From an uncultured Fusobacterium sp. (GTDB lineage: Bacteria; Bacillota; Clostridia; Lachnospirales; Lachnospiraceae), in assembly GCA_963540885.1 (NCBI GenBank), contig CAUTRK010000009.1, positions 26-64,025 on the forward strand: a stretch of DNA of 64,000 nt, given 5' to 3'. Below, piece by piece: positions 35,653 to 42,982 of the stretch (its first letter is position 1; each line of letters begins with the position of its first letter). The notes beneath the pieces are model-generated. The model did not search any database and had not been told where the DNA came from. It saw nothing but the letters and a program-made list of their open reading frames with translations. A program made the translations under genes and the position numbers.

Positions 35653-36139
35653 CTTCCACTCCTTCCGGAATACTCATGAACCCTTCGCCCACGTCCGACG
35701 CCTGATAGCCGCCCTGCTGCCCGGTTCCGTATCCACCGGAATAATTGCCGCCCTGCCCTCTTTGCGTCTGCTGCTGCCCGCTCTGTGCGTTTCCGCCGCC
35801 CTGCGCGTTCTTGCTCTCTGCAAACTCCGCTTCTTCGACAACAACATCTGTCGTGTAGACTTTGTTTCCGTCCCGGTTCGTATAGCTCCCGGTTGCAATC
35901 CGCCCGGTAATGGCAAGTTTCGTTCCCTGGTGCGTGTACTTCTCCATAAACTCCGCTACCCTTCCGAAAGCGATGCATGACGGAAAATCCGCCGTCTGCT
36001 GCTGGTCGTTTCCTTCCTGCCGCTTTACCCGTCTGTCTACCGCCAATGTGAAACGGGCAGTGCACTTCTGGTCCTGGCCCTGTGTCCACCGGATATCCGG
36101 GTCCCGCGTCAGCCGCCCCATGAGTATTACTTTGTTCAT
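35630..36139 (-). CDS. ssb: Single-stranded DNA-binding protein
   Basis: MNKVILMGRLTRDPDIR..., a Gly/Gln-rich linker, and an acidic tail ..EDEGLPFN. Confidence 0.9.
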   Translation of the reverse strand: MNKVILMGRLTRDPDIRWTQGQDQKCTARFTLAVDRRVKRQEGNDQQQTADFPSCIAFGRVAEFMEKYTHQGTKLAITGRIATGSYTNRDGNKVYTTDVVVEEAEFAESKNAQGGGNAQSGQQQTQRGQGGNYSGGYGTGQQGGYQASDVGEGFMSIPEGVEDEGLPFN

Positions 36140-36546
36140 TCCTTCGATTCTCCTATTGCTTCAATCATCATTGACGGCTCCGAACCGGTATGTAAACGGC
36201 TGCCCCATCTGCTCCGCCCGGTTGCGTATCTGATTGCGTCCCAGATATCCTCGGCAATCAGCATTTTCTCCGTTTTTTCCTTCAGGTATCCTTGCGGTTC
36301 AAATGTCACCCGGAACAGGTACTTCATAATCTCCCGCATATGATCCCGGCGGTTGATAAAGCTGTCGAAAGCCCGGCGGTTTTCTTCGTTGTAGATTTCC
36401 CGGCCCATGCTTGCCAGGTCGTTGCAGAAATCCATATCCTGCCCCATGCGGAGACGAAAATATTCCTCCGTGGTCTCCATAATCAGGTCTAACTGTGCTT
36501 CGGATACTGTCAGCTTATAAAATTTCCGTTCTTCCTTCTTCTTCAT
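36136..36546 (-). CDS. Hypothetical phage protein
   Basis: 136-aa ORF with a 4-nt overlap with ssb. Confidence 0.5.
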   Translation of the reverse strand: MKKKEERKFYKLTVSEAQLDLIMETTEEYFRLRMGQDMDFCNDLASMGREIYNEENRRAFDSFINRRDHMREIMKYLFRVTFEPQGYLKEKTEKMLIAEDIWDAIRYATGRSRWGSRLHTGSEPSMMIEAIGESKE

Positions 36547-36656
36547 TCTCCGTCCCGTCTGTCTCTCCTGGAGACGATCATAAGCGCCGACAGGAACACG
36601 CCCAGCGACGCCCCGATGAATAGCCCAACCCCGAAAGCGATTAAAACATCTATCAT
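36543..36656 (-). CDS. Small membrane peptide (37 aa)
   Basis: MIDVLIAFGVGLFIGASLGVFLSALMIVSRRDRRDGE. Translationally coupled at both ends (TAAATG upstream, ATGA downstream). Confidence 0.35.
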   Translation of the reverse strand: MIDVLIAFGVGLFIGASLGVFLSALMIVSRRDRRDGE

Positions 36657-37331
36657 TTACACCGCATCCTCCATGGTCTGCTGTTCGTATATCTCCCCGG
36701 TATCCGGGTCAATCTTGCGTCCGTCCTCCGTTTCCATCTTTCTGGCCTGCTCCCGGCGTTGTTCCCGAAGAAGCTGTGCATATACCTTGTCCTCGAACTT
36801 TTTCAGCTCTTTCAGATAGTCTTCCGTGACTATCGCCATCGGCATAATCCCGGCCAGCACCTCGAATCCGTCCATGACGACGATATATTTCACACCTTTT
36901 GTCGTCTCCCTGACGGCCAGACTGATGTATTCGCTCTCTTTGAAGCGATCTGACAACGGCGCAAGAAATGCCTCGTCATAGAAAATCAGCTCTCCGTCGT
37001 CCACTTCCAGTGCCTGTGCATAAATGCCCTTTACGAAAGCGGCGCTTTGAATCTTCTTTGCCCCGGTCGTCCTTTTGTCAAGTCCGTCCGTAAGATCCAT
37101 GCCGTATACATCGTCAAAACTTTCCGCGTAATCTTCTGTGATGAAGATTTTCTTTGCCTGCCCCGGCTCAATGTCCAGCACCGCCCTGATCTGTTCTTCT
37201 CCGCGCATATCCGGCAGCTCCGGCGCTTTGTAGAGTGCTGCGCTATTCCCTAAGAGGATTCCGTCGTCAGTGTGAACGACCCGGATATATCCCCGGCGCT
37301 TTGCAAGTGCCACATACTTTGATATCTTCAT
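36657..37331 (-). CDS. Hypothetical phage protein
   Basis: 224-aa ORF. Confidence 0.5.
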   Translation of the reverse strand: MKISKYVALAKRRGYIRVVHTDDGILLGNSAALYKAPELPDMRGEEQIRAVLDIEPGQAKKIFITEDYAESFDDVYGMDLTDGLDKRTTGAKKIQSAAFVKGIYAQALEVDDGELIFYDEAFLAPLSDRFKESEYISLAVRETTKGVKYIVVMDGFEVLAGIMPMAIVTEDYLKELKKFEDKVYAQLLREQRREQARKMETEDGRKIDPDTGEIYEQQTMEDAV

Positions 37332-37831
37332 TACTCGCTCCCCGTACTTCCGAAGCCGCCCCGGTCTTTGTTCCCAAGGCTTTTCACCTGGACGAACTCG
37401 ACCGGCTCATGCTTCCTGACCAAACAGAACTGACATACTCGCGTTCCCTTCGGAATGAATGTCTTCCGAATGGCTACAGCCGGGAACCCCCATACATCAT
37501 GATCGCCGCAGTAATCGTTCTCTATGATCCCCATGCTGTTTGCAAGCATGATGCCATACTTCATGCAGAGGCTTGACCTCGGTACGATCTGCGCATAATA
37601 TCCTTCCGGAAGTTCCATAGAAACGCCCAGGGAAATCAGTTTGCATTCCAGCGGTTCAAGCTCTGCGTCTTCCGCCGTTGCAAGATCGATCCACTCCCCG
37701 TGCTGCTCCGGCATTTTGTTTCCGTGCGTATTGATACGAACTTTGAGTGGTTTCTTATTGCTTTCCACCCATTCCGTCGCCGCCGCAACTGTCGCTTCGA
37801 TCTGTTGCCAATTCAAATCCGGTTTCTTCAT
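37331..37831 (-). CDS. dut: dUTP diphosphatase
   Basis: ..IENDYCGDHD.. together with the C-terminal ..KDRGGFGSTGSE (dUTPase motifs 3 and 5). Confidence 0.8.
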   Translation of the reverse strand: MKKPDLNWQQIEATVAAATEWVESNKKPLKVRINTHGNKMPEQHGEWIDLATAEDAELEPLECKLISLGVSMELPEGYYAQIVPRSSLCMKYGIMLANSMGIIENDYCGDHDVWGFPAVAIRKTFIPKGTRVCQFCLVRKHEPVEFVQVKSLGNKDRGGFGSTGSE

Positions 37832-37986
37832 GACGTTTTCTTCCCCCGCTGCCCTTTGAGCCGTCGCATATACCGATTATCGGTCGCAAACTCTGCCACC
37901 GGCTTTGACTTTCCGGTATACTGACTTGCTCCAATCAGTGCCCCGGCGGTCAATGTCTTATGCTTACTGTGCTTTGTCCACCCCAT
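37828..37986 (-). CDS. Small basic protein (52 aa)
   Basis: MGWTKHSKHKTLTAGALIGASQ... It fills the gap between neighbours, and its stop forms an ATGA overlap with the dut start. Confidence 0.35.
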   Translation of the reverse strand: MGWTKHSKHKTLTAGALIGASQYTGKSKPVAEFATDNRYMRRLKGQRGKKTS

Positions 37987-37990
37987 CGCC

Positions 37991-38461
37991 TTATCTCCCC
38001 AATACTTCCGGGAACGGAAGATACTCTCCGTATGCTCTCCTGTGTCCCTGCTCCGATACGGTCACATAGGCCGTGCCCCGACGGTTGAGCCGCATCTTGA
38101 CCATGTTCCCGCAGGTGATGCACTTATGTTCCGTTTCTTCGTCCTGCAGGTTTGTCTTGTAACGGAAATCCGCGCCGCATTTACACCGGAGATACAGTGG
38201 CCTTAAATCCTGCAATGGTGTTTCTTCTCCGCACTCGCACTTATACACATAGATTTCGCGCTTCGCATTGAACGCCCGCACCTTTCCGCAGTGTTCGCAC
38301 TGTATAATCAGAAAACCGCGCCAAGGTCCCTCGAAATTTCTTTCCCGCTGATCCCGTGCCATTTCTTCCGTATCCTGTGCGGCTGTGCCCCAGCTCTCGC
38401 GGCTTCCGAACAGGCTCTCCGCCCTGCTCCTTCCTTTCTGCTTCATCTGTCCTCCTGTCAT
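37991..38461 (-). CDS. Multi-zinc-ribbon protein
   Basis: CEHCG..CECG..CKCG..CITCG. Confidence 0.45.
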   Translation of the reverse strand: MTGGQMKQKGRSRAESLFGSRESWGTAAQDTEEMARDQRERNFEGPWRGFLIIQCEHCGKVRAFNAKREIYVYKCECGEETPLQDLRPLYLRCKCGADFRYKTNLQDEETEHKCITCGNMVKMRLNRRGTAYVTVSEQGHRRAYGEYLPFPEVLGR

Positions 38462-39192
38462 GAAAGATTGAACTGCTCCATATGAAAAAGATTCATCTGC
38501 GCCGTGTGGGCGCTGAATCGTTTTTCCTGTTTTTTGAAATAATCCTCGTCAATCTCGAAGCCGATAAACTCCAGGTCAAGCCCCGACTCCCACGCCGCAA
38601 TCCGGCTGCTCCCGCTGCCAAGATGCGTGTCCAGTATCCTGAATCCCTTCTTTGCGTACTTTTGGAATATCCAGGCATACAGCTCTATCGGCTTTTGTGT
38701 CGGATGGAACCGCCCGCCGCCCGAGCTGGAACATTTCATGATCTTTGCGTTATCGTTAAAACTGCACCATGCATATTCCGCCATTGCCATTGAGAAGTTT
38801 TCCGGAATGTTCGTTTTCTCCCAGACAAGGAAGCATCTGTTCGGAGGAAGCTGAAAGTAGTTCCCGCCCCATATGATCTGCTCTTTGCTGACTCTGAAAA
38901 GCTCCTCGAAATATTCTTCTCCCGGCGCTGTATCCCATTCGATTATCTTTGTGCCGTACTTCTCCATGTGGCCGCCGCCGCGCCTGTCAATCTTCCGAGT
39001 ACCCCCCCCGGTCAGTTTTTCGCGCTTATAACGATCGAACTTCCCGCCGAATCGGCTCTTGTCCTGCCGCTTGAAATCCTGTCCCCCGTCCCCATATGGC
39101 GGATCCACAACGGCCAGGTCAAAGAATTTATCCGGGAACTCCCGCATTCCCTCCATGCAGTCCATGTTATAGGCTTTGTTTAGTTCCAGCAT
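38458..39192 (-). CDS. DNA methyltransferase, amino-MTase beta class (N6-A or N4-C)
   Basis: 244 aa with an N-terminal DPPY motif (AVVDPPYGDG) and a C-terminal SAM motif (FHPTQKPIEL...ILDTHLGSGSS). Contains an in-frame G8 run at 39002-39009. Confidence 0.85.
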   Translation of the reverse strand: MLELNKAYNMDCMEGMREFPDKFFDLAVVDPPYGDGGQDFKRQDKSRFGGKFDRYKREKLTGGGTRKIDRRGGGHMEKYGTKIIEWDTAPGEEYFEELFRVSKEQIIWGGNYFQLPPNRCFLVWEKTNIPENFSMAMAEYAWCSFNDNAKIMKCSSSGGGRFHPTQKPIELYAWIFQKYAKKGFRILDTHLGSGSSRIAAWESGLDLEFIGFEIDEDYFKKQEKRFSAHTAQMNLFHMEQFNLS

Positions 39193-39442
39193 TTCTTTTT
39201 CTTGTGAGATTCTTTCCGCAGACCGGGCAAAATCTAAGCGGAAAATTTCCGTATGTGATTTGCCCTGCGTGATTTACTCTTCCTCCGCCCGTCCTATAGG
39301 TATGTATCTGCATAGCTGACGTGTATCGCGCTTTCAGATTGAATGTCCGCTCCGGATCCTTGTTATGCTCTTTGTGGGATTCCGCATGGCTCTTTTTCAT
39401 ATATCTGTACAGCTCACAGAATTTGCACTCGTTCGTTTTCAT
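39167..39442 (-). CDS. Zinc-ribbon protein
   Basis: CKFC....CPVCG; 91 aa. Confidence 0.4.
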   Translation of the reverse strand: MKTNECKFCELYRYMKKSHAESHKEHNKDPERTFNLKARYTSAMQIHTYRTGGGRVNHAGQITYGNFPLRFCPVCGKNLTRKRNAGTKQSL

Positions 39443-39588
39443 TTCTCCACCAGTTTTTGAAACTCTTCATCCAGGAGAAAACCTCCAACAAATACCAATA
39501 GCAGCCTTGCAATATATTCTCCCGATGTCCTGCATCCGCCTATGCACGTTGCCGTCCCCAATATGAACCACGCCAGATAACGCTTCAT
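39439..39588 (-). CDS. Small membrane protein (49 aa)
   Basis: MKRYLAWFILGTATCIGGC...LLLVFVGGFLL.. ATGA couplings at both ends. Confidence 0.3.
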   Translation of the reverse strand: MKRYLAWFILGTATCIGGCRTSGEYIARLLLVFVGGFLLDEEFQKLVEK

Positions 39589-39710
39589 TTCGCCATCTCC
39601 AATACGACTATTCCCGCAATCGCAATTATCAGCGATGCGATCCTGTCTGCTGTATCTCGTCTTCCGAACGAAACTGCAATTCCTATCAGGATTCCTCCGA
39701 GCGCATGCAT
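39585..39710 (-). CDS. Small membrane protein (41 aa)
   Basis: MHALGGILIGIAVSFGRRDTADRIASLIIAIAGIVVLEMAK. Confidence 0.3.
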   Translation of the reverse strand: MHALGGILIGIAVSFGRRDTADRIASLIIAIAGIVVLEMAK

Positions 39711-39976
39711 TTCCTTTTTCTCCTCGTTTCTGCGTGATGCTTCGCGTCGTATCTCAAATGGCACGGAGCGCAAAGCGCTTTCAGGTTTTCTGGCCGCATA
39801 TCCTCCGGCGTATGGTTCAAATGCGCTACCGTCAACGTGTTCCTGTGCGTGTCAAACGGTTCTCCCGGCCTGCGGCATTGCTTCCCGCAGAACTCACATT
39901 TCCAATCCGCTTTTTCTTTGATCGCATACGCTATCCTTTTCCAGTTCTTTGGATATCGCTTGTAATTCATCGGCAT
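39686..39976 (-). CDS. HNH endonuclease
   Basis: CEFCG...VAHLNH...NLKALCAPCHLRYD. Confidence 0.8.
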   Translation of the reverse strand: MPMNYKRYPKNWKRIAYAIKEKADWKCEFCGKQCRRPGEPFDTHRNTLTVAHLNHTPEDMRPENLKALCAPCHLRYDAKHHAETRRKRKCMRSEES

Positions 39977-40090
39977 TTCGCGCCAGTCTCCCGTTATATT
40001 CCGCTATCCTTATAAGCGTTTCCGGACCGCTGTACCCTTCCAACGCTTCCGGTATGCAATATTGCTTTCCCATGACTTCTTCCGTCGGCG

Positions 40091-40327
40091 TTATTCCAGT
40101 ACAAACCTCGCGGTATCTGCTGTCGCCACGAGCTTATCTTCCGCGTATATCCGCACATCCCTTCCCACACATCCGAAATATGGGCAGTGTGCTTCGTCGC
40201 ATATCCCCCAGCTCTCCCCTGGCGGTCTTTTCTTGCGACACACAAAGTCAAATGTTGTATGATCGTCTGGATCTGTGCACGCTATGCGCACCCACTTACA
40301 AGCTGTGGTGAACCTTTCAAAGTCCAT
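40091..40327 (-). CDS. Hypothetical phage protein
   Basis: 78 aa from the ATG at 40327 (RBS agagaggagaaaATG). The longer ORF-track version would run through the tRNA-like elements. Confidence 0.45.
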   Translation of the reverse strand: MDFERFTTACKWVRIACTDPDDHTTFDFVCRKKRPPGESWGICDEAHCPYFGCVGRDVRIYAEDKLVATADTARFVLE

Positions 40328-40382
40328 TTTCTCCTCTCTTTTAGTCCGGCGTCGTGCGGCAACCGCCCCGGACTCAGGCTCC

Positions 40383-40460
40383 CCCGAGCGGTGGGAGTCG
40401 AACCCACCATGCCGCACTAATGACCGTTGAGTGTTGCGGTGCCGGAACGGGAACGCCCGG
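40383..40460 (-). ncRNA. tRNA-like element B (tRNA 3' half or aberrant tRNA)
   Basis: Perfect T arm GUGGG-UUCGACU-CCCAC plus a 3' acceptor strand CGCUCGG-G. The only complementary 5' strand (CCGGGCG) overlaps element A. There is no D arm. A CCGCA/UGCGG stem encloses an 18-nt loop. Confidence 0.3.
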
Positions 40461-40521
40461 AATTGAACCGGAATCAAAGGTCTTACTCCCTTGCGAAGCT
40501 CTACCGTTGAGCTACATTCCC
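40448..40521 (-). tRNA. tRNA-like gene A with a non-canonical anticodon arm (isotype unassignable)
   Basis: Acceptor GGGAAUG/CGUUCCC, D arm GCUC-AACGGUA-GAGC and T arm UCCGG-UUCAAUU-CCGGG are canonical. The anticodon region folds only as a 6-bp stem CAAGGG/CCUUUG with loop AGUAAGA, which lacks U33. Confidence 0.4.
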
Positions 40522-40649
40522 GTGCGCGGTCCATCCAAAGATCGGTTCAAGCAAGACCGCCTGCGTCGGCTTATCTCCGCTCCTTTCGGTCACGACTTCT
40601 CTTGCCTTTCCTGTGAGCTGTTCTCCGCGCGGTAGTATTTCATTTCTTA

Positions 40650-40723
40650 TCGGGAATCCGGGACTCGAACCCGGGACACGCGGCTTATAAGGCCGCCGCT
40701 CTAACCGCCTGAGCTAATTCCCA
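40650..40723 (-). tRNA. tRNA-Ile (anticodon UAU)
   Basis: Full cloverleaf: acceptor UGGGAAU/AUUCCCG (U1-G72), D stem GCUC/GAGC, anticodon stem GCGGC/GCCGC, loop CUUAUAA, T arm CCGGG-UUCGAGU-CCCGG. No CCA is encoded. Confidence 0.8.
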
Positions 40724-40936
40724 AAATCGCGCCATATCCCCAAAGGCGCGTCCTACTTCTCCGAGTACCTGACTACCGGATTTTCGATTTTCTCGCTCGA
40801 CTGGATTTCAGGGTTCCAGCAGGAGGAGGATTCGTTCTGCCGCACTCCTGCATACTACAGATATCTATAGCATCGGAAATCCGCGCGTTCGGGAAACTGT
40901 AAACCCGTCTGGTTTAGCGAGGGAAGATACCTCGGC

Positions 40937-41083
40937 TGCCGTGGGCAAAGATTTGCACTTTGCATGATAATGTACACTCTCGTTCCTTGTGAGATAGGAT
41001 CTGCTATCCGCAGTTTGCGTTATTCATGCTTCACGCATTCCGCTTTTGCACAAGGACGCGTCTACCTATTCCGCCACCACGGC
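40937..41083 (-). ncRNA. Enlarged tRNA-like RNA, unit 1 (147 nt)
   Basis: 7-bp acceptor GCCGUGG/CCACGGC, a class-II-like D arm UGGCGGAAUAGGUAGACGC, and a T-like arm GCAAAG-UGCAAAU-CUUUGC. An 8-bp stem UCCUUGUG/CACAAGGA carries an insert of about 57 nt. Confidence 0.45.
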
Positions 41084-41169
41084 GCTGCGCCAATGCGTCC
41101 ACGGCACATTTCTGCATGTCCTGCGGGATAAGCGATTGAACAGGCTTTCTTCTTATCCCCTATGCATAT

Positions 41170-41352
41170 TCTGCGGGCAAGGATTTGCACCTTGCATAAA
41201 ATAGGATAGGCGTGTTGTGGACGACGCCTCGTTTTACGTCTTACCCGACCAACTTACCATACTCATCTGGTTGGTTTTGCCCGCGCCGTATCGCTTACAC
41301 CGAGCAAATTCTCCTATTTCTGATTAGCGTCTACCTATTCCGCCACCGCAGC
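41170..41352 (-). ncRNA. Enlarged tRNA-like RNA, unit 2 (183 nt)
   Basis: Acceptor CUGCGG/CCGCAG, the same 21-nt D-arm block as unit 1, and a T-like arm GCAAGG-UGCAAAU-CCUUGC whose base changes are compensatory relative to unit 1. The stem GAAAUAGG/CCUAUUUU encloses about 105 nt. Confidence 0.45.
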
Positions 41353-42042
41353 TATTCATCATTCCGGAAAGTGGAACTTCGTTACGGCTATCGGAAATTC
41401 CTCAATCTCCGACGCCCAACGCGCCGTCCCCGGTCCGTTGCATCTCTCCCAACAAAGCGGGAATCCGCCTATCCCGTCGAACAGGCTTCCCATGGTTGCC
41501 GGTCTCTCATACTGTGCCGATATTCTCCGCAGAAGGTAAAACCAGAACGGAAGCGCTATAGAGTTTCCGAGCGCCTTATACCTGGCGCTGTCCGAACTTT
41601 TGTGCTTCTTTCCCTTACTGTCCGTCCATTCCCCTATATCCGTCCATCCGTCCGGGTATCCCTGCAGGCGTTCCTCTTCCAGCGGGGTATATCTCCGCGC
41701 CACTCCATTTACTCTGCATACATTGTTCAGATTCAGGCTTTCTCCGCCGTTTGGCTTCGCCTGGAGCGTACCGTTAATGTTCGGATTTTCTGTGCCGTTC
41801 CGGCAGTCAACCGCCGTCACAATATAGGTTTTCGAATCTTCCCGGAAATCGAGATTCGCTTTTGCCTTTAGCGTGTGCGAAATCTCCGGCGCGTATATCA
41901 ACACTGCCTGTGTGTCGTGCATCGTGTCCAATGTGTTTGCTATCGGTTCCATGGTGATATTGTTCGTCTGGCCGTTGCCAATGCTGACTGCTTCTTTATG
42001 TTCCATGCTCACCACCTCCGAAATCACGCACGGGATCCGCTG

Positions 42043-42049
42043 CCCCCCC
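42043..42049 (-). repeat. Poly-G(7) tract at the second methyltransferase frameshift
   Basis: G6 would join ..SPTLNTAGG to QRIPCVISEVVSMEHK.. in frame. Confidence 0.7.
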
Positions 42050-42634
42050 GGCGGTATTCAGCGTCGGAGATATGTCATATCCGATCCTCGGCGTTCCGTC
42101 CTGGCTCCGTGGCTCAATAATCATTACTCCGTGCCGGTCCGATGTTGATAATGTCGGGCTTGGGTCTCCCGGCTTCCCGATGCCGAGTCCGTTCCCTGCT
42201 CCGTCTCCGTGTCTTGTCGGTCCGCCGCCCTGAAAGCGTGTTGCCTTGTCGTTTATCAGATACGTCTCTCGATCTTCTCCGAATCGGCAGACGGATTGCA
42301 CATAATTTGCTCTTAAAGCTGCGGACTTTTCTTCTTGAATCAGGATTCCTTTTCCTCCGCCGTCTTTTCCGCTCCGTTCCTGGAAGCTGATTGCCTGATC
42401 AGCACTTCCCGCAGCTTCTCCGGCAGTTCCTTCCCCCGTTTCTCCGCCCGTCGGAGGATACCAGCGCAAGCCCTTTCGCTCAAAGAGTACCTCTCCGGCA
42501 CAGAGTCCTCCAAAATCTGCGACAAGAGCGATCCGTTTTCTTCTCTGGGGCACTCCCCAAAACTGGGCGTCGTGTACTCGCCAAGCAACGGACCATCGGC
42601 CCATCCTGTCGTAAAGAAGCCCGCTTGCTGGCCA

Positions 42635-42643
42635 CCCCCCCCC
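42635..42643 (-). repeat. Poly-G(9) tract at the first methyltransferase frameshift
   Basis: G8 would join ..APTLHVPRGG to WPASGLLYDRMGRWSVAWRVHDAQFWGVPQRR.. in frame. Confidence 0.7.
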
Positions 42644-42982
42644 GAGGCACATGCAAAGTTGGGGCTTCCGGGCAGGCGATCCGGACTGTTTCTTCGAGGA
42701 CTGCCGCGAAGTCTTCCCCTTTGTTGGAGCTGAATGCTCCGGGGACGTTTTCCCAAACCATGAATCGTGGTCGAACATTGAAATCTGTACCGCGTCGTTT
42801 CCTGTCAACATCCCGCATCTCCTTTATTACCCTGATCTGCTCCATGAAAAGCCCCGACCTTGCCCCGGCAAGTCCCGCCCGTTTACCGGCTACGCTCAAA
42901 TCCTGGCACGGGCTGCCGCCTATGATGCAGTCCACCGGCTCGATCTCTGCGCCGTTGATCTTCGTGATATCCCCTAAATGAA

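Noticed and set aside
40383-40410. tmRNA 3' end (GUGGGUUCGACUCCCAC-CGCUCGG resembles the ssrA terminus).
   Set aside because: There is no matching GGGG... 5' end, no tag reading frame and no pseudoknot region nearby, and the acceptor sequence differs from the tmRNA consensus.
40091-40534. 147-aa version of the ORF extending over the tRNA-like elements.
   Set aside because: The N-terminal extension is encoded by tRNA-like sequence. A good RBS and ATG at 40327 give a 78-aa protein instead.
40930-41350. CRISPR array or ToxI-like repeat array, suggested by the 21-23-bp direct repeats about 230-270 bp apart.
   Set aside because: There are only two copies of each repeat, their spacing is far larger than CRISPR spacers, and they map to the D-arm and T-arm positions of tRNA-like folds.
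41212-41871. 219-aa plus-strand ORF.
   Set aside because: It is antisense to the methyltransferase C-terminal frame and to tRNA-like unit 2, and its translation is not protein-like.
42340-42756. 138-aa third-frame ORF inside the methyltransferase, whose translation looks protein-like (..LSQILEDSVPERYSLSERACAGILRRAEKRGKELPEKL..), as a possible overprinted gene.
   Set aside because: It overlaps the frame that carries the unmistakable motif VIII (DAQFWGVPQRRKRI) and downstream conserved segments. The protein-like appearance probably comes from a purine-rich stretch. It is still worth a tblastn check.
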